Positions 14,850 to 28,215 are shown, numbered from the whole stretch's first letter. The stretch: DNA of 63,879 nucleotides, filler included, from Octopus bimaculoides (GCF_001194135.2; 5 parts of 5 records of this genome joined end to end with filler, not necessarily neighbours in it); one strand, 5' to 3'. Notes: generated by a model from the sequence alone, not told the origin. Numbers and translations: made by a program.

Positions 14850-15005
14850 TAAACTTCGAAATGAAATTCCGCCGAGTTCGATTTTGTCTTTCATCCTTTC
14901 GGTGTCAATAAAATAAGTAGCAGTCAAATACTGGTGTCGATATAATTCACTTTCCCCCCTCCTCAAATCTATTGGCCTTGTGCCAAAATTAGAATGAATT
15001 ATTAT
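14850..15005 (+). mobile_element. SINE family B copy (head-to-head with previous)
   Basis: aaattccgccgagttcgattttgtctttcatcctttcggtgtcaataaaataag core. Confidence 0.75.
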
Positions 15006-15509
15006 CGGCATCATTATTGTTTTTGTTGTTGTCGCTGGTTATTCTTCTTCATTTAGTTCTTGTTTCCGTAGTTCCTATCAGTGGCATATAGACGGAGATG
15101 TAGATGTTTATTAATACCCATCATCAGAACTATTGTTTGCTTGCTGTCAATCGTTAATGGAACAGCCGAATATATCTTAATGTATAATACGAATATATCT
15201 TACCGATCCTTTAATATCAGAATAAAGGTAACATCTCAAGAAAAGCAAATTTATCTCCGCGTTAGTGTATGGAAATCTATTTTCTTGGATGTATTTTATC
15301 ACACATGCAGCCATGCAAATATACACATACACACGCAAAATAAAAAAAATGCTGCTATGCTGATACATATTCATGCGGGCATATACATAGTGATCGACAA
15401 GAAAATATATTTATTCAATTACCTCCATATCTATCTACCAATCCATCAAAATATCTTTCTCTGTATCTCTCTGTTTCTGTGTCTCTTTCTCTATGTATAC
15501 ATACATTTT

Positions 15510-15549
<40 letters not shown>

Positions 15550-18261
15550 NNNNNNNNNNNNNNNNNNNNNNNNNNNNNNNNNNNNNNNNNNNNNNNNNNN
15601 NNNNNNNNNNNNNNNNNNNNNNNNNNNNNNNNNNNNNNNNNNNNNNNNNNNNNNNNNNNNNNNNNNNNNNNNNNNNNNNNNNNNNNNNNNNNNNNNNNNN
15701 NNNNNNNNNNNNNNNNNNNNNNNNNNNNNNNNNNNNNNNNNNNNNNNNNNNNNNNNNNNNNNNNNNNNNNNNNNNNNNNNNNNNNNNNNNNNNNNNNNNN
15801 NNNNNNNNNNNNNNNNNNNNNNNNNNNNNNNNNNNNNNNNNNNNNNNNNNNNNNNNNNNNNNNNTATACACACATACATATGTGTATAGATGTATGTATA
15901 AGAGCGGCGTGCGTATAACTACATTATAAATTTGTTTACATGTATTCATACATTTATGCTTATGTATATATACATATATACGCACACACGCATACAACAT
16001 ATATATATATATATATATATATGCACTCAGACATGCACACACACACACACATGTATGTATGTATATACACTTTCAGTACTGCATGCAACGTCTATCATGT
16101 GCTATTATTCTTTTCGTTGCAATGCAATATATTTGATGCCTGGAAAGACTTTATCTTCCACAAAAAAGAGTTTCTTACAGTTAACCAGAAGTCAAGCTTA
16201 TGGCTCTACTTTTGATCGGTCTGCATATTTTGGAACTTCACCTTTTAGTGTGCGTGCTAAGTTTTTATAGATGAAGGCTGGAAAAAAAACTTCTAATAAT
16301 ATGAGCTTTATACATCTATGCTCTTTACATTTTGACCCGTAAGGTTTACCATCGCCTTCTAGGAGAAGATCAATAGTACTCAATTTTTTTCCTGACGTTA
16401 TAAGATCTTATTTCTTTGAGAAACTTCAATCATTATAACTATTTTATATGTATATATTTTTTGTCATCGAGTGATAAGAAATATTTCTTTTTTTTTTCTT
16501 CCCTTCTTTAGAAAGTTATATAGCATTTTAATATTCACCCAGATAATTTACTTTTTCCGAAGCCTCCTAATAGCTTTTATAGGAATGTATAACATTTCTT
16601 TATGATTTCGTTCGTTACTTCCTTCCAGAAATAGTTTCAATTTAAGTTCCTGTCATATTTCTTTTATCTAATACTGAATATATTTTATTTCCTGTTGGCC
16701 AAATACATATTACCACACTTTGTAAAAAGTCTCATTCACTTCATATATTAGCAATGAACTATAACAAGCAATATTTTGATTAGTTCTCCCGATGAACTCT
16801 AGTTTGCGTTGATGTATTATTTTACTATTATCATAGTTGACTTTCTTTTCTTCTCCACTACCTGACATTTACGTTGCCAAGCTTTTATACAAGTCACGAG
16901 GAATATCTATCTATTCAAGAGTACACGAAATCATAACTTTTTTCCCCAAGTTCTTTTCTAAGTAATAAACAAAAGCCTTTCCTTATTGCCAAAATATTAT
17001 ATAGACATTGTATTCTCTACAATTTAAAAATCTTATAAATATAGCAGGAAATATCTTAATATAAGACATAAAACTGAGGCTGCTTATAAAAACATATATT
17101 TGGAAATATATATCGGTTACTAATAAAATAAGATTATATTTTAATAGTTATTTTAATCATAAAATACCTCTTTAGAACTGGAAACTAATACTTTGAGAAA
17201 GCTATATTTACGTTGGACTAATTCCATCTTTATTTACCATTTTTCTTCCCAACTCGATACAATATTTTATCCAAAACAAATGTGTCTTCTGTAGCTTTAT
17301 CAAATTTGGTTAATGAATTGAAATTTGGATTCTATATATCTCACCTCAGAATGGATTTAAATAATTCCTTCTCAAATAATGTTACTAATGTACACTTGTA
17401 CAATATATTGTGAGGAAAACCAGCTATTCACAATAATCATATGCACAGTGAAAGCGTGTATCATATCAATTACTTATACATCTAATATTTATGCGTTCCA
17501 GCAGATTTGAACATGAATATGGTGTCGCTCTTTTGTTTTGTCACATGAATGTGTGTCGATTCATTAGTGCAAGGACGTATGTGACATTCGGTCTTTCGAC
17601 ATCTCTATATTACGTCAGCCAAAGGCAGCTCGGATTAATCACTGTAACTGGAGATCTACGCTGTTTCTTATTCATATTTTTAGGACATAATTGTATTGAA
17701 ATGATTAGAAAAGGATCGGCATAAATTTGTTTCAAAATTTAACTTTTAACGAAATTTGTATCAACAACCCAATTACGATTAATCCTTTTAGTCCTCACCA
17801 AAAATTGAATATGGAAGCATTTTACAAATACTGATCCACATGAAAGGAAATGTATAATTATGCTGGACGTGTAAGCTTTATTTCCTATTCCGTGAGTAAT
17901 CTCCAGTTACATAACTCGTTATACGCAGAGATGTTGTGATCTTACCGTAATAAGATGGAGAACGACCATACTTATCTACCTACCTACCTACCTACCTACC
18001 TACCTACCTACGTCATACATACATACGTATATAAAAAGGGAGATCGAGAGAGAAAGCAAAGGAAGCGAGAAAGTGTCTGAGTTTAATGTTCTTTTAAACG
18101 GTATTCCTGTTTAAACGTCAGTCGCATGAAACGCGGACTAGCCACGCTTTTATGCATATAAATATATCACACACGTACAACCATTTAGCACTATACAAGA
18201 CAGTAGCTATTGTATATACCACATGGTTTTAAATGAGGATATACATATACTAAAAGCATCA

Positions 18262-18386
18262 AGGCGTGTAATAAGTAGCTTGCTTACAAACCACACGATT
18301 TCGGGTTCAGTCCCACTCTGTCTGTAGCATGTGTATGTGTCCTCCACTATAGCCTCGGGTCGACCAAAGCCGAAGCCAGTCGTATG

Positions 18387-18421
<35 letters not shown>

Positions 18422-18852
18422 NNNNNNNNNNNNNNNNNNNNNNNNNNNNNNNNNNNNNNNNNNNNNNNNNNNNNNNNNNNNNNNNNNNNNNNNNNNNNNN
18501 NNNNNNNNNNNNNNNNNNNNNNNNNNNNNNNNNNNNNNNNNNNNNNNNNNNNNNNNNNNNNNNNNNNNNNNNNNNNNNNNNNNNNNNNNNNNNNNNNNNN
18601 NNNNNNNNNNNNNNNNNNNNNNNNNNTATGAACATGTTTGTGTGTCCGTGTTTGTCCCCCTACCATCACTTGACAGACGATGTTGGTGTGTTTACGTACC
18701 CGTAAATTAGCGGTTCGCCCAAAGATATCGATAGAATAAGTACTAGGCTTACAAACAATAAGTCCTGGGGTCGATTTGCTCGACTAAAGGCGGTGCTTCA
18801 GCATGGCCACTGTCACATAACTGAAACAAATAATTGACTAAAAGAATAAAAG
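18262..18852 (+). mobile_element. tRNA-derived SINE family A copy with internal microsatellite/gap
   Basis: Head with B-box-like GGTTCAGTCC; body ctatagcctcgggtcgaccaaagcc; tail aaggcggtgcttcagcatggccac...ctgaaac. Confidence 0.85.
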
Positions 18853-19129
18853 AATATATATTTCAGAGAGAGAGGGAGGGAGGGGGGACGGAGAGGGAGA
18901 GAACGAGATAGATAGACAGATAGATAGATACATGCATACATACATACATACATACATACACAAATATTTAAGGCTAAGTTTGTATTATAATGTACTAAGT
19001 AGGTTCATGTTTAACACCTCTCTAGGTATCAATATTCATGTAAGATATTTTCGTTGATTTCAGGTGAGTCTTAAGACTCCTTTACTAATTTTTATCATGA
19101 TAAGTATTTTATCAGCATTCCTACATGAG

Positions 19130-19163
<34 letters not shown>

Positions 19164-19261
19164 AGTGTGTGTGTGCGTATACATACATATATGTATATAG
19201 GTATATATTCAGTATGAGAGATTGGCAATGTATTTTATATTTTATAATTACTTTATATGTA

Positions 19262-19380
<119 letters not shown>

Positions 19381-19944
19381 TTTTGTATCTTTGTGAGGTG
19401 AAGGCATGTGCGTATATAATCCCATGCTTCATATCTAGAAAAAGAAGAAAAAAACATGTAAATCAAGAGCTTTTCTTGAGCGGTTATATTTTATGCAAAT
19501 AGTGATAGCTAAGAAGCTGTTTACTTCATCGTCATTTTCAGTTGTTTGAAAATGCATGCAATGAACTCTGAGAAGCCATGTAATGCGTAAAGCATATCAC
19601 CACCGGCGTTTCGTAACAAACAACTATTATCTTTACACTCTAAATGTATATTACATTCGTTAATTAATTTTGCTGTTTAAAATGTCGCTGTTTGTTTAGA
19701 TGTTGATATTTTTAATAGTCTGTATGAAAATTATTTTGCAACTGTCACGAATCGCACATGAATTGAAGAAAATGAAATAATATAGAGATGTGAGAATGGT
19801 AATATAACAAGGCAAGTGAAATCTGTAATGGTAACGAAATTCAAAACGAATCATGAAGCTGAAGATGTTGACTGAAGGGTGACAGATACGAAGATAAGAA
19901 GAGGTTGAGAAATGGAAGGGAGAGGATGATATGCGGTTAGAAAA

Positions 19945-19948
19945 AGTA

Positions 19949-19979
<31 letters not shown>

Positions 19980-20310
19980 AAGAAGAAGAAGAAGAAGAAG
20001 AAGAAGGAGAAGAAGTAGAAGAAGAAAAAGAAAAAGAAGAAGAAGAAGAAATAAAAGGTGATGGAAACGAGGAGGTGAAGAAGAAGAAGAAAAAGAAGAA
20101 AACATGAAATGTGATGGAAAAGAGAAGAAAAGGAGGAGGAGGAGGAGGAGTCGAAGCAGAAGAAGAAGAAGAAGAAGAAGAAGAACAATAACAAGAAGAA
20201 GAAGAACAATAACAAGAAGAAGAAGAACAACAACAATAACAAGAAGAAGAAGAAGAAGAACAATAACAAGAAGAAGAAGAAGAAGAAGAAGAAGAAAAAG
20301 AAGAAGAAAT
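19945..20310. repeat. (GAA)/(GGA)/(ACA) compound simple repeat
   Basis: Direct reading. Confidence 0.95.
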
Positions 20311-20881
20311 TAGCAACCAAAAGCTATAAGTATCATAAATATGGAATTTATAAAACAATCATAAGGCAAAAGTTATTCATACCCAAGCAATCAATAAAAA
20401 GTGATATAAATTACCATAAAATTGGTGCTGTGCAACAAAAATCTCTGCAACAACAAATATTTTATGATAAACAGCAATATTATTCAACAAATTTAATGAT
20501 ATTTCTTTACAAGTGGATTTGATCGTAGAACGTGAGTTGAAACGGAAATAATTACAGCGATGTAGAATCAGTTTAGCCATTTAAGAATAGAAAACAGAAA
20601 TGTTAATTTTAATCTTTCATTTATTTGTTTAAAATTCATTAATGATTCTCTCAATGTCCAATGTAACATCATTTAAAGTGCTATAAATGTTGCAATATTG
20701 ATTTGTTTCCACAGCTAAATATACAGTCTCCTATGAAGAAAATATTCACTCAATCAGAAGTGGTTAAGGTTTCTTTCATGGTAGATATCTGATTCAAAAT
20801 CGAACCTATAAAACTCCAGTTGGAAACCGTTGGAACTCTTGAATAGGAAACTAACACACGCACACACATACTCTCTCGCGT

Positions 20882-20912
<31 letters not shown>

Positions 20913-21006
20913 AACAATGCACATTCACTCAAACACACACACACTCATGCACAAACGTATACACTACGAAGCGATATGCGCTTATACTCAACCATGTATG
21001 TATATA

Positions 21007-21057
<51 letters not shown>

Positions 21058-21309
21058 NNNNNNNNNNNNNNNNNNNNNNNNNNNNNNNNNNNNNNNNNNN
21101 NTTAATTAATTAANNNNNNNNNNNNNNNNNNNNNNNNNNNNNNNNNNNNNNNNNNNNATTGGGTGAAAAATTAGCAAACCTCATTTGACTATCAGAGAAA
21201 TATACCTCGTAGATATAGCAAAAAGGTTAGGTATGTGTAAATATTGACAAATAATTACGAAATTTTTAATTTTTAAGTGATCTCATATGAGATCACTGGT
21301 AGGTAATGG

Positions 21310-21590
21310 GTTGAGGAAGGTACTATCATCAAAAATGTATTATGTCACCATGCAAGGCTACCATCTTCAAGAATTTATTGTCACCTTGCTACTGTGTCAT
21401 CTTCAAGAACTTATTCTGTTATCATGCTAGGGTACTGCCTTCAAGAATTTAGTCCTTCATCATACTTGAGTGCCAGCTTAAAGAATATTATCTGCCAATA
21501 TTCTAGGGTACTGTCTTTGAGAATTTAGTCACCCACCACGTTGGGGGTACTGTTTCTGTGGGTTTGTCAGTTACCATGATTAGGGCACTA
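21310..21590 (+). repeat. Degenerate ~36-38 bp minisatellite (~7 units)
   Basis: Units like caccatgctagggtactgccttcaagaatttagt repeated head-to-tail without spacers. Confidence 0.75.
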
Positions 21591-21619
21591 AAATCTATGG
21601 TTTTATTATACGTTCTCAG

Positions 21620-22340
21620 TTCAAATTCCACAGAGGTCAACTTTGCCTTTCATCCGTTCAAGGTCAATAGATTAAGTACCAGTTATGCACTGGGGTCGAT
21701 GTAATCGACTTAATCCCTTTGTCTGTCCTTGTTTGTGCCCTCTATGTTTAGCCCCTTGTGGGCAATAAAGAAATAAGAAACGTTAGCATGCCAGGCGAAA
21801 TGCTTAGCGGTATTTTGTCTGCCGCTACGTTCTGAGTTCAAATTCTACCGAGGTTGACTTTGCCTTTCATCCTTTCAGGGTCAATAAATTAAGTACCAGT
21901 TGTGTACTGGGGTTGATGTAATTGACTGACCCTCCCTCCCACTGAATTTCGGGCCTTGTGCCTAGAGTAGAAAAGAATATTCTGTGAAAAGAAAGAAAAA
22001 TGTCTGGCTATGGAGAAATAGTACCTTACTTGAAAGCAGCTAGGATTGGCAACAGGAAGAGCATCTGACCATAGAAAATTTACTCTGGTAAAAGAATTCA
22101 GTCATACATACAAGTAACCAATATGGGGTTTCTTTAAGGTGCCGAGCTGGCAGAATTGTTTCCATGACAGAAAAGATGCTTAGTGATATTTATTTTCTGA
22201 GTTCAAATGTTGCCAAGGTGAACTTGGCCTTTCATCCTTCAGGAGATGATACAATAAGTACTAGTTGGACACTAGGATCAATGAAGTCAACTTACCACTG
22301 CTCCCAAAACTACTGGCCTTATGCCAAAATTTGAAATCAG
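21620..22340 (+). mobile_element. Three consecutive SINE family B copies (~21620-21780, 21781-21980, 22140-22340)
   Basis: Repeated gagttcaaatt...gaggtc(g/a)actttgcctttcatcc core. Confidence 0.85.
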
Positions 22341-22640
22341 TATGGGGTTCCTTTGAAGGTTTTCTGGAGTGTTGTTACTCAACAACGTATACAGTTTAGA
22401 GATCAGGATGTCTCTCCATCTCTAATTATGGGGAGAGATATTACCTTAATGGGAAATTGTTGAGGGCTGCCCCAAATAAACACTGTCTGATTCATAGGAG
22501 CATGGAAAAGTGGACCTTAAAATGATGATCAAGATGATGACATAATCCAGCAAAATAAATCAACAACAAAATACATTGGAAGGCTAAATGAATAAATAAA
22601 TAAAGGTAAAATAAATAGTATTTTTCCAAGAAAGACTTAC

Positions 22641-22751
22641 GGTAAATTGCCAAACTAGTGGCTGTTCCATTCTCCAAACATGCAAACATACCATATTTAC
22701 CAAAATAGATCCCTTCGCCAATAATTTGATCTTGAAATTTACATACTGGCT
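22641..22751 (-). CDS. Candidate internal coding exon, phase 1-1, (E)PVCKFQDQIIGEGIYFGKYGMFACLENGTATSLAIY; unknown product
   Basis: Minus-strand acceptor T(15)CCTAG|, donor ACC|GTAAGT, 111 nt (multiple of 3), open frame with two Cys. Confidence 0.55.
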
Positions 22752-22845
22752 CTAGGAAAAAAAAAAAAAATGTACATATACATAAAAATTAATAGTTGAT
22801 TGGAGTTGGGCTGGTGGGTCCTGTGAATATGTCACCAAATGCTCT

Positions 22846-24050
22846 TGTAAAAGTTCGATAGTTGTCATAGAGACATTAGTCTCTCTCTATCACCTTTCAA
22901 CAGCATTATATATGAAGAGACATTAGAACAATTTTACAACAATATAAAAAGGTTTTATTTTTTTGATGATGCTTGGTTTCACAATTCCTGTCATTCAGCT
23001 AAGCAACCGCTGATTCAGTTGTAATGAGGTATTGGAAGGTTGAGGGCTTCCTTGATGCCTGCCAGAGAAGCAAGTAGCTATCACCATCGAAGGCATCAAG
23101 GTGAAGAGTACTTTGTGGAGGAGTGAGGTGTTGTCACGTAGAAGGTCTGTCGCTCAACTGCCTAAGAAAGTGAAACTCACTGTTTAAGTACCAGTTTTAC
23201 TACGCATGCGCACTCGAGGGGCTTCCAGTGGTGAAGTACCTTGCGCATGNNNNNNNNNNNNNNNNNNNNNNNNNNNNNNNNNNNNNNNNNNNNNNNNNNN
23301 NNNNNNNNNNNNNNNNNNNNNNNNNNNNNNNNNNNNNNNNNNNNNNNNNNNNNNNNNNNNNNNNNNNNNNNNNNNNNNNNNNNNNNNNNNNNNNNNNNNN
23401 NNNNNNNNNNNNNNNNNNNNNNNNNNNNNNNNNNNNNNNNNNNNNNNNNNNNNNNNNNNNNNNNNNNNNNNNNNNNNNNNNNNNNNNNNNNNNNNNNNNN
23501 NNNNNNNNNNNNNNNNNNNNNNNNNNNNNNNNNNNNNNNNNNNNNNNNNNNNNNNNNNNNNNNNNNNNNNNNNNNNNNNNNNNNNNNNNNNNNNNNNNNN
23601 NNNNNNNNNNNNNNNNNNNNNNNNNNNNNNNNNNNNNNNNNNNNNNNNNNNNNNNNNNNNNNNNNNNNNNNNNNNNNNNNNNNNNNNNNNNNNNNNNNNN
23701 NNNNNNNNNNNNNNNNNNNNNNNNNNNNNNNNNNNNNNNNAGCGACAGACCTTCTACGTGACAACACCTCACTCCTCCACAAAGTACTCTTCACCTTGAT
23801 GCCTTCGATGGTGATAGCTACTTGCTTCTCTGGCAGGCATCAAGGAAGCCCTTAACCTTCCAATACCTAATTACAACTTAATCAGCGGCTGCTAAGCTGA
23901 GTGACACAGGATTTGTATAACCAAGCATCATCAAAAATAAAACTTAATTTTATTATGTTGTTGAATTGTTCTAACGTCTCTTCATATATAATGCTGTTGA
24001 AAGGTGATAGAGAGAGACTAGAGTCTCTACGACAACTATCAAACCATTTA
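22846..24050. repeat. Long inverted repeat (arms ~22846-23154 and 23741-24050) around a gap
   Basis: Right arm is the reverse complement of the left; inner ~110 bp identical, outer ~200 bp diverged. Confidence 0.9.
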
Positions 24051-24661
24051 CAGACAGTTACTGCTGCTGTTAATTCAAATACCAGGCTATTGAAAATAGC
24101 AGGACCTATGTAAATACACATTTTTTTTTTTACAGTATTCTTCTGAAGATGGGCGTTTTCACCTGAAACATTAAGGTTTTTAAAACTTCCTGCATTGCTA
24201 GAAACCTTCCTTATTTCTCATTTCATTCATTAGTTCTATACAATTTAAAATGGTTCACCATTACCCATACCAAACTGTATAAAGGTTATAACAACAAATG
24301 TGGTCTCTGCATCACAGAAATTTTTTCAGTTTTCATGTTTATTAATTTTTCATTCTGTTTTTGTTTTATTGAGGGTTAAACAATTTTTTTTAGTTTAGGA
24401 AGATAACAGGGGAGGTAACCCAATTTTTATTGGGGGGTGGGTGGGGGTGAGATAACCAAAAAGTACCCAGAAACCTTATCTGTTATGCAATGCAGCAGTT
24501 GCTTTAATAAACGAAGTGTCCTTATTCTTAATTGCAAACAAAAGTTATGTAATACCTTCTTAAGGTACAAATAATAGTGGCCATTCCAATTATTTCCTAA
24601 CAAATCCTTCTGCATTCACACCTTTATTTGAAGCTCTTCTATGTATCTATAACAGGTTAAA

Positions 24662-24752
24662 GTGGTGGTGGTGGTGGTGGCACTCTGTCGGTTACGACGT
24701 CGAGGGTTCCAGTTGATCCGATCAACGGAACAGCCTGCTACTCGTGAAATTA
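24662..24752 (-). mobile_element. SINE family C 3' end (rest in gap)
   Basis: ggcactc(t/c)gtcg.ttacgacgtcgagggttccagttgatccgatcaac matches 28100 and 50570. Confidence 0.8.
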
Positions 24753-25187
24753 NNNNNNNNNNNNNNNNNNNNNNNNNNNNNNNNNNNNNNNNNNNNNNNN
24801 NNNNNNNNNNNNNNNNNNNNNNNNNNNNNNNNNNNNNNNNNNNNNNNNNNNNNNNNNNNNNNNNNNNNNNNNNNNNNNNNNNNNNNNNNNNNNNNNNNNN
24901 NNNNNNNNNNNNNNNNNNNNNNNNNNNNNNNNNNNNNNNNNNNNNNNNNNNNNNNNNNNNNNNNNNNNNNNNNNNNNNNNNNNNNNNNNNNNNNNNNNNN
25001 NNNNNNNNNNNNNNNNNNNNNNNNNNNNNNNNNNNNNNNNNNNNNNNNNNNNNNNNNNNNNNNNNNNNNNNNNNNNNNNNNNNNNNNNNNNNNNNNNNNN
25101 NNNNNNNNNNNNNNNNNNNNNNNNNNNNNNNNNNNNNNNNNNNNNNNNNNNNNNNNNNNNNNNNNNNNNNNNNNNNNNNNNNNNNNN

Positions 25188-25443
25188 CTGGAAGCCCTTC
25201 CTAATGCCAACCACTCCGAGAGTGTAGTGGGTGCTTTTACGTGCCATCGGCACGAAGGCCAGTCAGGCGGTACTGGCAATGGCCACGCTCAAAATGGTGT
25301 ATTTTATGTGCCACCCGCACAAGAGCCAGTCCAGGGGCACTGGCAACGATCTCGCTCGAAAGTCCTTACACATGCCATGGGCACAAGTGCCAGAAAGGCA
25401 ACGCTGGGCACAGGTGCCATCACGATTTCACTTTCGCTTGCCC
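25188..25443 (-). mobile_element. Repeat family D fragment (retroposon with (GAT)n tail)
   Basis: gcccttcctaatgccaaccactccgagagtgtagtgggtgc, shared with 60553-60843 and 62826-63072. Confidence 0.8.
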
Positions 25444-25796
25444 CATATATATATATATATATATCATATAAACAGAAATACAAACATACAAACAAGCAGC
25501 AATACTTATATACTCTGAAGGTAAGTGTGTGTGATTCAATGTGCGCGTGCATGTGCACGCATACACACACACATATATATGAAAGACAAACACAAGGATT
25601 CACACTCACCTTTTTTAAGGGGATTGCACAATACCTTATGGCCAAATTCTGCACAACATATATTTTCAGGACCAACACCACTCATTCGTTTGGGTATCAT
25701 GACAGCCTTTTCATTTTCTCCTGAAAGTAAAATAAAAACTCAATGAGAATAAACTGTTACTTCCATACCAGTAAGAATTCAATAATTTTAAAAAAT

Positions 25797-25829
<33 letters not shown>

Positions 25830-26239
25830 AGTCAGCGTCATTTAAAATCTGTTTATCCATACTTGCATGGGTTGGATGGAATTTGGCGGTGCAAGTGTTT
25901 ATTTCCAATTATCATACATCTAGATAAAGGTACAAACACCCACGCACAATCATTATCTAACACCTGCTTTTCTATGCTTGTGTGGGTTGGAAGGGATTCG
26001 TTCAGATGGATTTTCTACAGCTGGATGCTCTTCCTGTTGTCAACATATACCCGGTGTTGACAAGCCACAAAAATGGCAAAACACTGGTGTCCATCAGTCC
26101 CCATTGAGATTGGAGGTGAGTCATCTCACCTGTCCATGACTCTGAGGTGTTTTAACACCTGGCACTTTCAGAGTGTATATACTCCACCACACTATTGCAG
26201 TCACCAGAAAATACATGAAGCATATGCATTAAGTATATA

Positions 26240-26440
26240 CTCTTTTACTTGTTTCAGTCTTTTGACTGTGGCCATGCTGGAGCACCGCCTTTAGTCAAGC
26301 AAATCGACCCCAGGACTTATTCTTTGTAAGCCTAGTACTTATTCTATCGGTCTCTTTTGCTGAACTGCTAAGTTACAGGGACATAAACACACCAGCATCG
26401 GTTGTCAAGCGATGTTGGGGGAACAAACACAGACACACAA

Positions 26441-26483
<43 letters not shown>

Positions 26484-26668
26484 NNNNNNNNNNNNNNNNN
26501 NNNNNNNNNNNNNNNNTATATATGACGGGCTTCTTTCAGTTTCCGTCTACCAAATCCACTCACAAGGCTTTGGTCGGCCCGAGGCTATAGCAGAAAACAC
26601 TTCCCCAAGGTGCCACGCAATGGGACTGAACCCGGAACCATGTGGTTGGTAAGCAAGCTACTTACCGC
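26240..26668 (-). mobile_element. SINE family A, near full length
   Basis: Complete tail, body and tRNA-like head in reverse orientation. Confidence 0.9.
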
Positions 26669-27034
26669 TCAACAGCAGTTGTCTGTGGGTGCTTCATTGG
26701 GTGAAATACAATCAAGAACTGATAGATTTTTCTGAGTTTTCTTAATTGGCAGAAAGTATTGTACATTTAGGTTGGGTGTTATATGGACTGTTGGATATGT
26801 TATTCGTCTGACGTTCCGTGTGTCACTGTGGTTCGTCTGAGTTCATTGTTTCATTGTTGTTGTCTTGTGTGATTGGGGTAGTAAAATGTCATTGATAGAT
26901 ATGGCGGACATGACTTTTGTTTATTTATAACGAACATTGGGTGAGTGCGTTCTTTGTATGTAATTGAATAATAAATGTAATAATTAAATTGTACAACTCG
27001 TTGTGTTATCTCTGCGAGCCTTCCGAGGGACATA

Positions 27035-27465
27035 CAACATTGGGTGATGACCAAATGAATACAATCACAAGTACAAAGCAAACCGAAATAGGATTCTTTC
27101 ACAGTATTTCTGGAATAATGTTAGCTCAGAGATCAGGGGTTCTTTCCAGGCTGTGTCACTACTTCTCCGCATAGAGAGGTCACAGCTAAGGTACTATGGA
27201 CATATGTGATTAGAATGTTGCTGGGAAGAACCGCAAGACAAATTCTTCAAGCTGAACCAACTGGCAAAAGACTTAGGGGTGGACCAAGAATGAGATGGTT
27301 GGAGGATATCCATTGTCTCAGTTGGTCATGCTTGAGAATCCTGCAAGAAATTTTTGCTTTTGATAGGGTCTTACAGAGGAGGTACCTGTGGACTCATCCT
27401 ATAATGACCCTCCCAGAAATATTGGGGCAGAAAAGATGGATGAATGGAGTTTTGTTAATCTTTTA
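27035..27465 (+). mobile_element. RTE-clade LINE 3' fragment
   Basis: WVMT...EIGFF..ISG, LLRIERSQLRYYGH..RM, RQILQAEPTGKRLRGGPRMRWLEDI match the RTE C-terminus. Confidence 0.8.
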
Positions 27466-27754
27466 AAATGTTACCTTTACACATTGTAACGCAAGGCATC
27501 GTTTTATGTTCTGTACAGTAACATACTTTACAGCCATCAACAATAGTGTCCCCTTCCTTGTATTTCATATCCTTGTAATTGCAAGTCAATTCAGCTGTAA
27601 AAGAAGATAAAGACAAACATTAATGGATTCTATGATCATACACACACACACACACTTTCTTACTCATTTATTTCCATCTTTGGACTGAGGCCATGCTAGG
27701 GTACTACATAGAAGAGCTTAATTGAATGAACTGACCTCAGGACTTATATTTTAA

Positions 27755-27948
27755 CCCATTAGCATTTAAGCTGGTTATATCTGGCCCAAATATTCTATCT
27801 TTATTGGATGTTCAAATCAATTAGATCTGACCTCTCATACCTACACTACAATGTCATGTCATTCTAAATAAACAATCATATCATCAAATTCTCAGAGGTG
27901 TGAATAAATAAGCATTACATTTGACAGAATAATCTGAATGCTAAAGGG
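27755..27948. mobile_element. piggyBac-type MITE inserted in a SINE A copy (~27660-28070)
   Basis: TTAA|CCCATTAGCATT...AATGCTAAAGGG|CTAA (degenerate TTAA TSD). Confidence 0.7.
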
Positions 27949-28095
27949 CTAAGCTCGGTGCTCATTCTATTGGTCCTTTTTGCTGAACTGCTAAGTTACA
28001 GGGATGGAAACAAACCAACACTGATTGTCATGTGTTGGATAAGTCACACACACACACACAAATAGATGTATGTATACACATGTAATAGTTGTATC

Positions 28096-28215
28096 TGCTG
28101 CTGGCACTCCGTCGCTTACGACGACGAGGGTTCCAGTTGATCCGATCAACGGAACAGCCTGCTCGTGAAATTAACGTGCAAGTGGCTGAGCACTCCACAG
28201 ACACGTGTACCCTTA
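28096..28215 (-). mobile_element. SINE family C 3' part
   Basis: Matches 50567-50690. Confidence 0.85.

Noticed and set aside
21310-21590. CRISPR-like periodicity (also at 28520-28800)
   Set aside because: The units are contiguous and degenerate with no unique spacers and no cas genes, in a eukaryotic context
22030-22064. Minus-strand mini-exon encoding the signal-peptide-like MLFLLPILAAF
   Set aside because: It lies in sequence resembling the family D repeat (ttggcaacaggaagagcatc), so chance is the likelier explanation
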